From NCBI GenBank assembly GCA_964548265.1, contig CAZJPR010000003.1, forward strand, positions 279 to 64,278: 64,000 nucleotides of DNA. Reading direction: 5' to 3'. Origin of the DNA: an uncultured Candidatus Saccharibacteria bacterium (lineage in GTDB: Bacteria; Patescibacteriota; Minisyncoccia; Phycocordibacterales; Phycocordibacteraceae). The translations under genes and the position numbers were made by a program. Positions 56,183 to 64,000 of the stretch are shown here, piece by piece; positions within the stretch are counted from its first letter, which is position 1; every line of letters begins with the position of its first letter. Under the pieces are notes generated by a model, which was not told the origin of the DNA, did not search any database, and saw only the letters and a list, made by a program, of their open reading frames with translations.

Positions 56183-58562
56183 GAAGACGGATACAAGGAG
56201 ATTGGTACTGCTTGATGCACACGCGATTATTCACCGCGCCTATCATGCGCTTCCAGACTTTACGACCCCAAAGGGCGAGCCGAGCGGCGCACTCTACGGA
56301 CTCTCGTCAATGCTGCTTCGCATTCTTGCGGACCTGAAGCCCGATTACGTTGCTGCCTGTTACGACCTCCCGAAACCAACCGTGCGGCATGAGGCGTATG
56401 CCGACTACAAAGGGACACGCGCGAAGACTGATGATGCACTCATCGCGCAGCTCAAGACCTCTCGCGAGGTTTTTAAGGCATTTTGCATACCTATATATGA
56501 GCGCGAGGGCTTTGAGGCTGATGACGTTCTGGGCACCATCGCCCACATGCTTCGCGACGAGAGGGAGGTGGAGGTCATTATCGCGTCTGGTGACATGGAC
56601 TGCCTGCAGTTAGTCGAAGGCAAGCGCGTAAAGGTGTACACGCTTAAGAAGGGGCTGAACGACACCATCCTCTACGACGAGAAGGCCGTACAAGACCGCT
56701 TCGGGTTTCCTCCCGCGCTCATTCCTGACTACAAGGGGCTCCGTGGTGACCCGTCCGATAACATCAAAGGCATACCAGGCATTGGGGAGAAGACCGCAAC
56801 TGACCTCATCACGAACTTCGGTAGTGTTGAAGACATCTACAAGAAACTTAAGAAAAGTGAGAAGCCGTTTCTTGAGAAGGGCATCAAGGCACGCATCGTC
56901 GCGCTTCTTAAGGAACATGAGGAGGATGCGATGTTCTCAAAGATGCTCGCGACCATTCGCACCGATGCGCCGATTGCGTTTGCGCTTGGGGACGCCGAGC
57001 GTCACGCGGATCGCGGCAAGAAAGTACTCGGGCTCTTTGACGAACTTGGATTCCGTTCGCTTCGGGGGCGTGCTCGCGCCGTACTCTTTGGTGGGGACGA
57101 AGAAGATGAAGACGAGGAGGGAGAGATGGGGGAGGAACCAAGCGAGGACGATATCCCTCCGCAACGCCTCGCCGAAGCAAAGGTGATGCTCTGGCTCGTG
57201 CACTCAGAGTTCTCCAATCCTTCGCTTGATGACGTGCTTGCGTTTACCAAGAGCAACTCGTTTGACGAAGCGTATGCGGAACTCGAGAAGCAACTGAAGG
57301 CCACCGGCAGACTCTGGGACGTATACGAGAACATTGAGAAGCCCTTGGTACCAGTGCTCGCCAAGATGAAGGAGGTAGGCGTTTACGTTGACAAAAAGGT
57401 GCTGGCGAAGCTCGAGAAAACCTATCGGGCGGAACTTGAAGGAATCGAGAAGCGCATCCACAAGGCAGCTGGTCACGAATTCAACATCAGCTCGCCTAAG
57501 CAGCTTGGAGTCGTGCTCTTTGATGAGCTTGAGCTTTCCGCCAAGGGACAGAAGAAGACTGCGGGCGGCCAACGCTCCACGAGAGAGTCTGAGCTTGAGA
57601 AAATCCGCGACCTCCACCCAATCGTTGCGGACATTCTTGAGTATCGTGAGATTCAAAAGATTCTGTCCACCTATATAGAAGCGATTACTCCTTTGCTCGA
57701 CAAGGAAGGAAGGCTGCATGCAGACTTCATACAGACGGGAGCTTCCACTGGTCGCATGGCGAGCGCCAACCCGAACCTCCAGAATATTCCGATTAGGAGC
57801 GAGCGTGGGCGAGCAATCCGCAACGCATTTGCGGCACCCGAAGGCTGCGTGCTGGTTGCGCTCGACTACTCGCAGATAGAATTGCGTATCGCAGCAATTG
57901 TGTCAGGCGACGAGAAACTTGGAGATATTTTCCGTAGCGGCCGCGATGTACATACGGAAGTGGCCGCAGCGGTCTTCAAGGTTGCGCCAGACAAAGTCGA
58001 CGCTGAGATGCGCAGACGTGCAAAGGCGATTAACTTCGGCATTCTCTATGGCATGGGCGTGAATTCGCTTCGCACCGCACTCGGCACCACAACCGCTGAG
58101 GCGCACCAGTTCTATGACGATTATTTCAACACTTTCAGCACCCTTGCGGAGTATCTTGAGAAGACCAAGGGCTTTGCACGCAAGAACGGGTACACCGAAA
58201 CACTATTTGGCCGCCGCCGCCAGTTCCCTGAGATGAAGTCTCCGCTTCCATACGTGCGTGCACAGGCAGAGCGCATGGCCATCAATGCTCCTATTCAAGG
58301 AACGCAGTCCGACATCATCAAACTTGCGATGGTGCGCATCGATACCTTTCTTCAACAAGAAGGAAACGATAAGAATGCGCATCTGTTGCTTCAAGTGCAT
58401 GACGAGCTCGTGTACGAAATGAGCGAAGAACGCGCGAAGGACCTCACCCCTCGTATTAAGGCGCTCATGGAGGATGTGCTACCTCCCGAGGAGGCACATA
58501 ACGTACCTATCGTTGCGGAGGCTAAGCTAGGCCCTGATTGGGGTACCATGGAGCGTATATGA
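56175..58562 (+). CDS. polA: DNA polymerase I
   Basis: 5'-3' exonuclease (LLDAH...RAYHA, EADD, GD.D, GDPSDNI.G.PG.GEK) and polymerase (TGRMAS.NPNLQNIP, DYSQIELR, AKAINFG, NAPIQGT, LQVHDEL). Confidence 0.97.
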   Translation: MPKKTDTRRLVLLDAHAIIHRAYHALPDFTTPKGEPSGALYGLSSMLLRILADLKPDYVAACYDLPKPTVRHEAYADYKGTRAKTDDALIAQLKTSREVFKAFCIPIYEREGFEADDVLGTIAHMLRDEREVEVIIASGDMDCLQLVEGKRVKVYTLKKGLNDTILYDEKAVQDRFGFPPALIPDYKGLRGDPSDNIKGIPGIGEKTATDLITNFGSVEDIYKKLKKSEKPFLEKGIKARIVALLKEHEEDAMFSKMLATIRTDAPIAFALGDAERHADRGKKVLGLFDELGFRSLRGRARAVLFGGDEEDEDEEGEMGEEPSEDDIPPQRLAEAKVMLWLVHSEFSNPSLDDVLAFTKSNSFDEAYAELEKQLKATGRLWDVYENIEKPLVPVLAKMKEVGVYVDKKVLAKLEKTYRAELEGIEKRIHKAAGHEFNISSPKQLGVVLFDELELSAKGQKKTAGGQRSTRESELEKIRDLHPIVADILEYREIQKILSTYIEAITPLLDKEGRLHADFIQTGASTGRMASANPNLQNIPIRSERGRAIRNAFAAPEGCVLVALDYSQIELRIAAIVSGDEKLGDIFRSGRDVHTEVAAAVFKVAPDKVDAEMRRRAKAINFGILYGMGVNSLRTALGTTTAEAHQFYDDYFNTFSTLAEYLEKTKGFARKNGYTETLFGRRRQFPEMKSPLPYVRAQAERMAINAPIQGTQSDIIKLAMVRIDTFLQQEGNDKNAHLLLQVHDELVYEMSEERAKDLTPRIKALMEDVLPPEEAHNVPIVAEAKLGPDWGTMERI

Positions 58563-59212
58563 TTTACCTCTTCCACGGCTCGGACGCAGGGAAGGCCAGA
58601 GCCAAGGCATTTCAGTGGGTGAGCGCCTCTCGAAGTAAACAGCCGGATGCCCCGTATATACGTCTTGATGCGCAATCTCTTACCGAGGCCACACTCTCAG
58701 AAGCCATTGCTACGCAAGGACTCTTTTTCAAGAAAGCACTCGTTCTGATTGATGATCCGTTCTCGCTCACAACATCCGGCGAAGTGCTCCTTGAGCACCT
58801 CCATGCACTTGCCGAATCCGCAAACCCCATTGCGATACTGGCACCGAAGCTACTTGCCGCGCGCGTAAAGAAACTCGAAGCGAAAGCAGAGAAGGTATTC
58901 GTCTCAGATCGGAAGGAGAAGAAGGTTGTGCGCGGGTTTAACTCAGGACTGGTAAACGCACTTGCGTCAAAGGACCGCGAAGCGCTCTGGAAGGAAATCA
59001 CGAAAGCGCTTCGCCAAGGGGATGCCCCTGAGATGGTGCACGGCCTCTTGCATTGGAAGGCTCGAGACATGATGCAGAAGGGAAGCCCAAAGTGGGGGAA
59101 GGATGGCGCGCGCAGATTGTCACGAGATTTGATTGAACTTCTTTCGGATTCCCGAAGCGGAGACCTTGAACTCTCGCTTGCGCTTGAGCGGTTTGCGCTC
59201 TCGGTGAAATAG
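58559..59212 (+). CDS. holA: DNA polymerase III delta subunit-like protein (short)
   Basis: MIYLFHG.D, GLF.K..LV, C-terminal LALERF.L; overlaps polA stop. Confidence 0.6.
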   Translation: MIYLFHGSDAGKARAKAFQWVSASRSKQPDAPYIRLDAQSLTEATLSEAIATQGLFFKKALVLIDDPFSLTTSGEVLLEHLHALAESANPIAILAPKLLAARVKKLEAKAEKVFVSDRKEKKVVRGFNSGLVNALASKDREALWKEITKALRQGDAPEMVHGLLHWKARDMMQKGSPKWGKDGARRLSRDLIELLSDSRSGDLELSLALERFALSVK

Positions 59213-59285
59213 TCCGCCCGCCAGGGCTCGAACCTGGGACCGTCTCCTTAAAAGGGAGCTGCTCTACCGACTGAGCTACGGGCGG
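59213..59285 (-). tRNA. tRNA-Lys(TTT)
   Basis: Minus strand CCGCCCGTAGCTCAGTCGGTAGAGCAGCTCCCTTTTAAGGAGACGGTCCCAGGTTCGAGCCCTGGCGGGCGGA. Confidence 0.95.
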
Positions 59286-59302
59286 CTTTGGGTACGCTAC
59301 CA

Positions 59303-60208
59303 CTAGTACGCGAGCACGTCGACAGTCTTGCCCTCAGCATCCAAGAGACGGATGGTCTCATGGTTCTCTCTCCAGAGTTCCTGGCTGTTACCAAGGAAGA
59401 CGCGCCAGGTGCCTCCAATGAATGAAGGCTCGTCTACGTGACGCGCAGCGCAGGAGTTGTAGTTGAGGTCACCAAGGAGATTCTCGCAGGAGTTTGAGAG
59501 GCTTGATGGCGCTCTCGACACGACCGAACAGCGCGGAACAGTGTAGCTAAAGTCGATGCACTCCTCATCTCCTCCTGCTGCCCGTATCTCTGACTGGGCG
59601 CTCGGGCAGTCTTGATCGAGGTCTGGAGAGAAGTCCTGGAACTCGGAAAGGTATCCCGTACAGAGATTCTCACGGAAGGACACCCCAATGGGAGAGCGCC
59701 CACTCGTTATGATGGCCGTATCGCCAGGGTTAAGCGTAATGTTTGAAAGGGAATTCACCTTTCCTGAGTGCGGTACTTCGACGCCTTGTGGGATGGTGAC
59801 CGCCACCTCAGTTGCGGCACTCTCGAGCTTCCACCCAGAGAAGGTAATGGGGTCGCTCGCCCTGCGGGAAACAGAGAGAGAAAGATATTCCTGCTTTGCA
59901 TCAGTGTTGCGCGGGCCGCTGGGGTTGCGACTAATCGACACCAGCCCACGGTAGGTGGACGCTTCTCCAAATGAGGAGAGGTCATCTATTTGAGCTTCGA
60001 GATCAAAGAAGCTCCCAGACGCCCCACTTCCTGTTGAAGAACCCGAACCACGTTTCAGGTCGTACGGCTCAGCAACCTGACCTGGTCCGCTAATGGGCTT
60101 TAGGTACGGTCCCGCAAAGGAGAAGGGCTTGGAGGGTCCGCCTGTAATGGCCCAGAGTACGAATATAAAGACGAGAACACCAAAGAAGAAAACCGCGTTG
60201 CTGCTCAT
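59303..60208 (-). CDS. Membrane-anchored extracellular protein (lamin-tail-domain-like, Cys-containing)
   Basis: N-terminal TM; EY..L, I.FSGWKL, I.SGRSP.G.SFREN.CTGY, LW....ETI.L.D.EGK.VD..Y. Confidence 0.65.
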   Translation of the reverse strand: MSSNAVFFFGVLVFIFVLWAITGGPSKPFSFAGPYLKPISGPGQVAEPYDLKRGSGSSTGSGASGSFFDLEAQIDDLSSFGEASTYRGLVSISRNPSGPRNTDAKQEYLSLSVSRRASDPITFSGWKLESAATEVAVTIPQGVEVPHSGKVNSLSNITLNPGDTAIITSGRSPIGVSFRENLCTGYLSEFQDFSPDLDQDCPSAQSEIRAAGGDEECIDFSYTVPRCSVVSRAPSSLSNSCENLLGDLNYNSCAARHVDEPSFIGGTWRVFLGNSQELWRENHETIRLLDAEGKTVDVLAY

Positions 60209-60212
60209 GCGT

Positions 60213-61472
60213 CTATGATACCAGCTTCTCGAGTTCGTCCTTTACGACGCGTGCATCACTCCAGGGAGTGCGTGTCCCACGAGCGCCCATGATGTAGGGG
60301 TCGGTGCCCTTACCAGTAATAAGGACTGCGTCGCCTGCCTGTGCGAGCGAGAGCGCGGACTTGATTGCTTCACGTCGGTCCATAACGATTCGCGGCTTCT
60401 TCTGCATTCCAGAGGCCATTGCCGCAACGATGGCATTAGGGTCCTCATCGTACGGGTCTTCGTTTGTGAGGATGACCTCATCACAGTATTCCTCTGCAAT
60501 GGCGCCCATCTCCGGACGCTTCCAGGTATCACGGCCACCGCCAGTGTTTCCGAGGACGCAGATTTTCCGGCGTGACGGGTACGCACTGTAGAGCGCACGA
60601 AGGGAATCTGGCGTGTGCGCGTAGTCGACGACTGCGAGGAAGGCCTGTCCGCCGTCTATTTTCTCCGCTCGTCCCGGGATGCGAATGAGCTTGGTAAGCG
60701 CACGAGCGCTCACTTCAAACGGGACACCAAGGAAGCGAGCTGCCTTCGCGGCTGCAAGCGCGTTCAGTATGGAAAAGGTTCCTGGGTGAGGGAGGGAGAA
60801 ACGCACGCCATCGAGTGTGAAGGCAACACCGTCATTTTCCATAACGATGTCCGTAACATCGGTAAGCGAGAAGCCAATCTTTTCTTCGAGCGGGAGTTCA
60901 AGGAATCGCTTCCCGTATTCGTCTTGTGCATTGGCGATGATGGCGCGCGGTCGCTTCGGGGAGCGGACCACCGCCTTCCCAAGGCGAAACTTAGCCTGGA
61001 AGTAGTTTTCCATACTCCCGTGTGACTCAATGTGCTCCTTTGCGAGGTTTGTGAACACCAGTCCATTGAGATAGGTAAATGAGTGGCGATACTGCACGGC
61101 GCTCTCGCTCGTAAGCTCCACGACTGCGTGCGTGCAGCGAGCCGTACGCGCATTGTGTAAAAACGATTGCAAAAATCCTCGACCAGGCAAGGTCATCTTG
61201 TAGAGGTTGCCGTCTGAGGTCGCGCCTAGTTTGAAGCGAATGGTGCTTGAGAGAGCAACCTGCTTTCCGTCTTCCTCCAAACACGCTGCAAGCATCTCGC
61301 AGACGGAAGACTTTCCCTTAGTGCCGGTAACGCCGATAACCACCAGCTTCTTTGCGGGGAACCCATACCAGACCGCACTTCCAAGTGCCCAGAGATAGTG
61401 GTAGCCAGTGAGCAGTCCGCGGTAGAACGAACGCGGAAGCAGTGTCTGGAGTACCGTTCGAAGGACTCCCAT
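60213..61472 (-). CDS. murE: Mur ligase, MurE-like
   Basis: IGVTGTKGKSS, FTNL..EHIE.H.S.E.Y..AK, PGR.E, VVDYAHTPDSL, GGRD..KR..MG, TNEDP, TGKG. Confidence 0.85.
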   Translation of the reverse strand: MGVLRTVLQTLLPRSFYRGLLTGYHYLWALGSAVWYGFPAKKLVVIGVTGTKGKSSVCEMLAACLEEDGKQVALSSTIRFKLGATSDGNLYKMTLPGRGFLQSFLHNARTARCTHAVVELTSESAVQYRHSFTYLNGLVFTNLAKEHIESHGSMENYFQAKFRLGKAVVRSPKRPRAIIANAQDEYGKRFLELPLEEKIGFSLTDVTDIVMENDGVAFTLDGVRFSLPHPGTFSILNALAAAKAARFLGVPFEVSARALTKLIRIPGRAEKIDGGQAFLAVVDYAHTPDSLRALYSAYPSRRKICVLGNTGGGRDTWKRPEMGAIAEEYCDEVILTNEDPYDEDPNAIVAAMASGMQKKPRIVMDRREAIKSALSLAQAGDAVLITGKGTDPYIMGARGTRTPWSDARVVKDELEKLVS

Positions 61473-61474
61473 GA

Positions 61475-62029
61475 TTAGTGAGCAGCAGAAGAGAGTGCTG
61501 CCTTAAGTCGCGCATCTTTCCCAACCACCTCAGAAGGAATGCCAGAGACTGCACGACGTGCTTCGCGGTCAGTATAGCCAAGCGCCACCAGCGTATCGAA
61601 GACGTCAGCATCCTCGCTATCGTGCGGAGCGCCGTCAGTGCCAATTTTTTCAGAGAGTTCGAGGGCAAGTTTCTCAGCTGCCTTTTTGCCGAGACCAACG
61701 ACGCGTGTGAGGTAGGAAATGTCGCGCTTAGCGATTGCGCCTTCAAGCGCCTCTCGTGGCGCGCGACGTAGCAGCGAGAGTGCGGTCTTCGGACCAACTC
61801 CCGGAACGAGCAAGGTCATTTGGAAGAAGCGAAGGTCCGCTGGGTCCGAAAAAGCATAGAGCTCGACTCCGTCCTGCTTCATGGCGAGGTGTGTATCCAG
61901 TGTTACTTCAGCTCCTACAACGAGCGTTGCGGTTGAAGGCATAGACACCGAGACACCCCAACCGGACACATCAATAACGGCTCCTTCGGGGCTTACCGAT
62001 ACCACCGCACCGCGTATCTGCCGTATCAT
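61475..62029 (-). CDS. ruvA: Holliday junction DNA-binding protein RuvA
   Basis: MIRQIRG, LYAF, V.GVGPKTAL, GLGKK.AEKL.LEL, LVALGY. Confidence 0.95.
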   Translation of the reverse strand: MIRQIRGAVVSVSPEGAVIDVSGWGVSVSMPSTATLVVGAEVTLDTHLAMKQDGVELYAFSDPADLRFFQMTLLVPGVGPKTALSLLRRAPREALEGAIAKRDISYLTRVVGLGKKAAEKLALELSEKIGTDGAPHDSEDADVFDTLVALGYTDREARRAVSGIPSEVVGKDARLKAALSSAAH

Positions 62030-62083
62030 CCGCTTAATCCTACCATTTGCAGGAAAAGGACGGATAGCGTACTATGCCGCGAC

Positions 62084-62350
62084 ATGGCAATTACGAAATC
62101 AGCAAAGAAGGCCCACCGCGCGTCCCTTAACAAGCGCGTGTTCAACCTCCGCCGCAAGCGCGCACTCGCTGACTCCACCAAGGACGTCCGCACCCTCCTT
62201 TCTTCCGGAAAGGCAAAGGACGCTGCGGCATCTCTCTCAGTTGCCTACAAGGCAATTGATAAGGCAGCAAAGCGCGGTGTCATCAAGAAGAACACCGCAT
62301 CGAGAAAGAAGGCTCGTCTCGCTGCCGCTCTCAAGCGCGCAACAGCCTAA
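62084..62350 (+). CDS. rpsT: 30S ribosomal protein S20
   Basis: MAITKSAKKA.R...N, IDKAAKRGVIKKNTASRKKARL. Confidence 0.96.
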   Translation: MAITKSAKKAHRASLNKRVFNLRRKRALADSTKDVRTLLSSGKAKDAAASLSVAYKAIDKAAKRGVIKKNTASRKKARLAAALKRATA

Positions 62351-62355
62351 CGAAC

Positions 62356-62377
62356 AATCGCCCGAAAGGGCGATTTT
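62356..62377 (+). terminator. Terminator after rpsT
   Basis: AATCGCCC-gaaa-GGGCGATTTT. Confidence 0.8.
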
Positions 62378-62682
62378 CAGTTCTTGAGCCTTCCGTTGGC
62401 TCCCAGTACCTGTCGGGCCGTCCGGAGGGTATTGTTCACGTGGTCGCGATGTCCGCGCATTGCCTCTGCGTACTCCCAATCCTTGGTCCATATCGCATCG
62501 AGATCACCGTAGGCTTCTGCAAGCGCATCAAGCGCTTCTTTGGATGGTGACTCTCCTTTCTGGCATTCGACAATCGCATCGAGTACGCGCCTGGTGTCGA
62601 CAAGCTCAGCGGCTCGTTTATTCCCCTCAGACCGGCGAGTGAATTTCGCGCCCAATTGTTCAATAATCCATTTGGGACCCAT
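62377..62682 (-). CDS. Hypothetical alpha-helical protein
   Basis: 101-aa ORF directly downstream of tRNA-Arg(CCG); no family recognised. Confidence 0.45.
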   Translation of the reverse strand: MGPKWIIEQLGAKFTRRSEGNKRAAELVDTRRVLDAIVECQKGESPSKEALDALAEAYGDLDAIWTKDWEYAEAMRGHRDHVNNTLRTARQVLGANGRLKN

Positions 62683-62703
62683 AGATACAGAGTACCATCG
62701 CGG

Positions 62704-62775
62704 TGCTCTCGGTAGGAATCGAACCTACATTTCCTCCTTCGGAGGGAGATGTCCTATCCATTGAACGACGAGAGC
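62704..62775 (-). tRNA. tRNA-Arg(CCG)
   Basis: GCTCTCG acceptor stem, anticodon loop CTCCGAA, GGTTCGATT T-loop; TGCTATAGT -10 upstream. Confidence 0.93.
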
Positions 62776-62802
62776 GTTCGAGGACTATAGCACTTTCTAT
62801 TG

Positions 62803-62874
62803 TGCTCCCGGTAGGAATCGAACCTACATTACAAGCTCCGCAAGCTTGCGTCCTATCCATTGAACGACGGGAGC
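62803..62874 (-). tRNA. tRNA-Arg(GCG)
   Basis: GCTCCCG acceptor stem, CAAGC-TTGCGGA-GCTTG anticodon arm, GGTTCGATT T-loop. Confidence 0.92.
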
Positions 62875-62916
62875 AATAGGGCTGACTCTATCGCCCTTCG
62901 CGAGCTTCCGCAAGGA

Positions 62917-63390
62917 TTAGAGTCGTAGCGATTCGATGAACCTATCAACGATGGAATGCTCGTGATTGCCTTCCGGTACATGCTGGCTGATGTAGGTGTA
63001 CACCTTGAGTGGGTCATGCCCAACAATTGGGACGAGAAGGTGAGGGGAGAGCACGTGGCGGGTCTTTATGGAAAGCGCAGGTGGCAGATCCTTCTCTATA
63101 TACTCGAGCACCGAGAAGTGGAGCATGTCCGCATAGAGGTAGAGCGTGTCATCAATGGCGACGCCCTCTTCACGCACTGAGAAGCGATGTATGCGCGGAT
63201 GGCGAGCAGTGCGTACCGCAACGGCTCCTGCGCCCGCAGCAATCACGAGGGCCAGCAGAATGTTGTTGAAGAGAATGCAGGCGATCACCGCTGCTGTAGC
63301 GATGATACCGAGAGCCCAATACCAGTCAGCGCCTTTCTCGCCGAACTCGTACTCGCGGCCCTCCCATTCATAAATGATGGCGCGTGCCAT
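62917..63390 (-). CDS. Hypothetical 2-TM membrane protein
   Basis: W...EY...EK..DWYW, two TMs, G..ID..LY.Y....F; conserved-looking CPR-type protein. Confidence 0.75.
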   Translation of the reverse strand: MARAIIYEWEGREYEFGEKGADWYWALGIIATAAVIACILFNNILLALVIAAGAGAVAVRTARHPRIHRFSVREEGVAIDDTLYLYADMLHFSVLEYIEKDLPPALSIKTRHVLSPHLLVPIVGHDPLKVYTYISQHVPEGNHEHSIVDRFIESLRL

Positions 63391-63422
63391 AACTCACCTC
63401 ATGATACCACCTCTACAGTGGC

Positions 63423-63998
63423 CTATTCGTATTCAATGGTTGCAGGCGGCTTCTGGGTAACGTCGTAGAGGATGCGGTTGACACCACGTACCTTCCCAAC
63501 AATGGCGCTCGAGATGCGCTCCATGAGTTCTGGCGGCATCTTGTGCCAGTCGGCGCTCATGCCATCGACGGAATCAACCGCACGAAGGGCGAGGATGTAT
63601 TCGTAGGTGCGGGCATCCCCCATAACCCCCACTACCTTAAGGGGGAGTAGTGCTGCAAAAGCCTGCCAAATCTTCTCGTATTCACCGGCTTTCTTGAGTT
63701 CCTCTATATAGACGGCGTCTGCCTCTCGAAGGATGGCAAGACGTTCAGGAGTGACTTCGCCGACGATGCGGATGGCGAGCCCTGGGCCTGGGAATGGGTG
63801 GCGCCAGATAAGTTCCTTAGGGAGGCCGAGGGATAGGCCGACGCGGCGTACCTCGTCTTTGTACAAATCCTTAATAGGTTCGAGCACCTTGAGACCGAAG
63901 CGCTCAGGAAGCGTGAGGTTGTGGTGGCTCTTAATCTTTGAAGCTTGCTTGCCCGTTGCTGCCGATTCAATTCGGTCCGGATAAATGGTGCCCTGTGC
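63423..63998 (-). CDS. guaA: GMP synthase (C-terminal part; gene starts beyond window)
   Basis: [59 protein letters not shown]. Confidence 0.96.
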   Translation of the reverse strand, partial: AQGTIYPDRIESAATGKQASKIKSHHNLTLPERFGLKVLEPIKDLYKDEVRRVGLSLGLPKELIWRHPFPGPGLAIRIVGEVTPERLAILREADAVYIEELKKAGEYEKIWQAFAALLPLKVVGVMGDARTYEYILALRAVDSVDGMSADWHKMPPELMERISSAIVGKVRGVNRILYDVTQKPPATIEYE

Positions 63999-64000
63999 CA

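Noticed and set aside
57090-57330. Acidic linker in PolA where the 3'-5' exonuclease domain should be
   Set aside because: Loss or degeneration of the proofreading domain is common in Pol I; no intein or frameshift seen.
51758-62029. ruvA separated from ruvB/ruvC
   Set aside because: All three genes are intact; operon dispersal is common in CPR and no mobile-element boundaries are visible.
1-64000. Prophage, IS element, integrase, retron/RT or rRNA
   Set aside because: No motifs for these were recognised in the ORF track or the sequence.

Overview
A 64-kb, mostly core-genome window of a small-genome Patescibacteria (CPR; gene content and order suggest Parcubacteria/Paceibacteria, an inference). 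It uses standard code 11 with TGA read as stop. It contains the origin block (yidC-rnpA-rpmH / dnaA-oriC-dnaN), replication, repair and expression genes (rarA, hup, rny, clpP, nusA, recJ, rnhA, ruvABC, polA, holA-like, tsaE, rpmB, rpsT) and six tRNAs. It also has type IV pilus genes (two PilB-like ATPases, PilC, three minor pilins), a split ComEC, a VirB2/TrbC-like pilin locus, a Liv-type ABC transporter interrupted by a TrmB regulator plus a second binding protein, tpiA-pgk, SOD, a class A PBP, a Mur ligase, and partial lysA and guaA at the edges. Most notable observations: (1) an AT-rich variable locus right after tRNA-Gly(TCC) where orphan genes, one with a HEPN-like RxxxxH motif, are separated by copies of a short repeat, resembling a cassette array with no integrase in view; (2) a 141-nt structured ncRNA candidate (6S-like) between ruvB and pilB2; (3) pervasive -10 hexamers 6-9 nt upstream of start codons, suggesting leaderless expression; (4) a DUF3578(McrB-N)-HNH nuclease inserted right after dnaN; (5) an unannotated 39-aa acidic microprotein; (6) a beta-barrel-like orphan; (7) tRNA-Arg(GCG). 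All product calls come from motif recognition by eye; no database searches were run.
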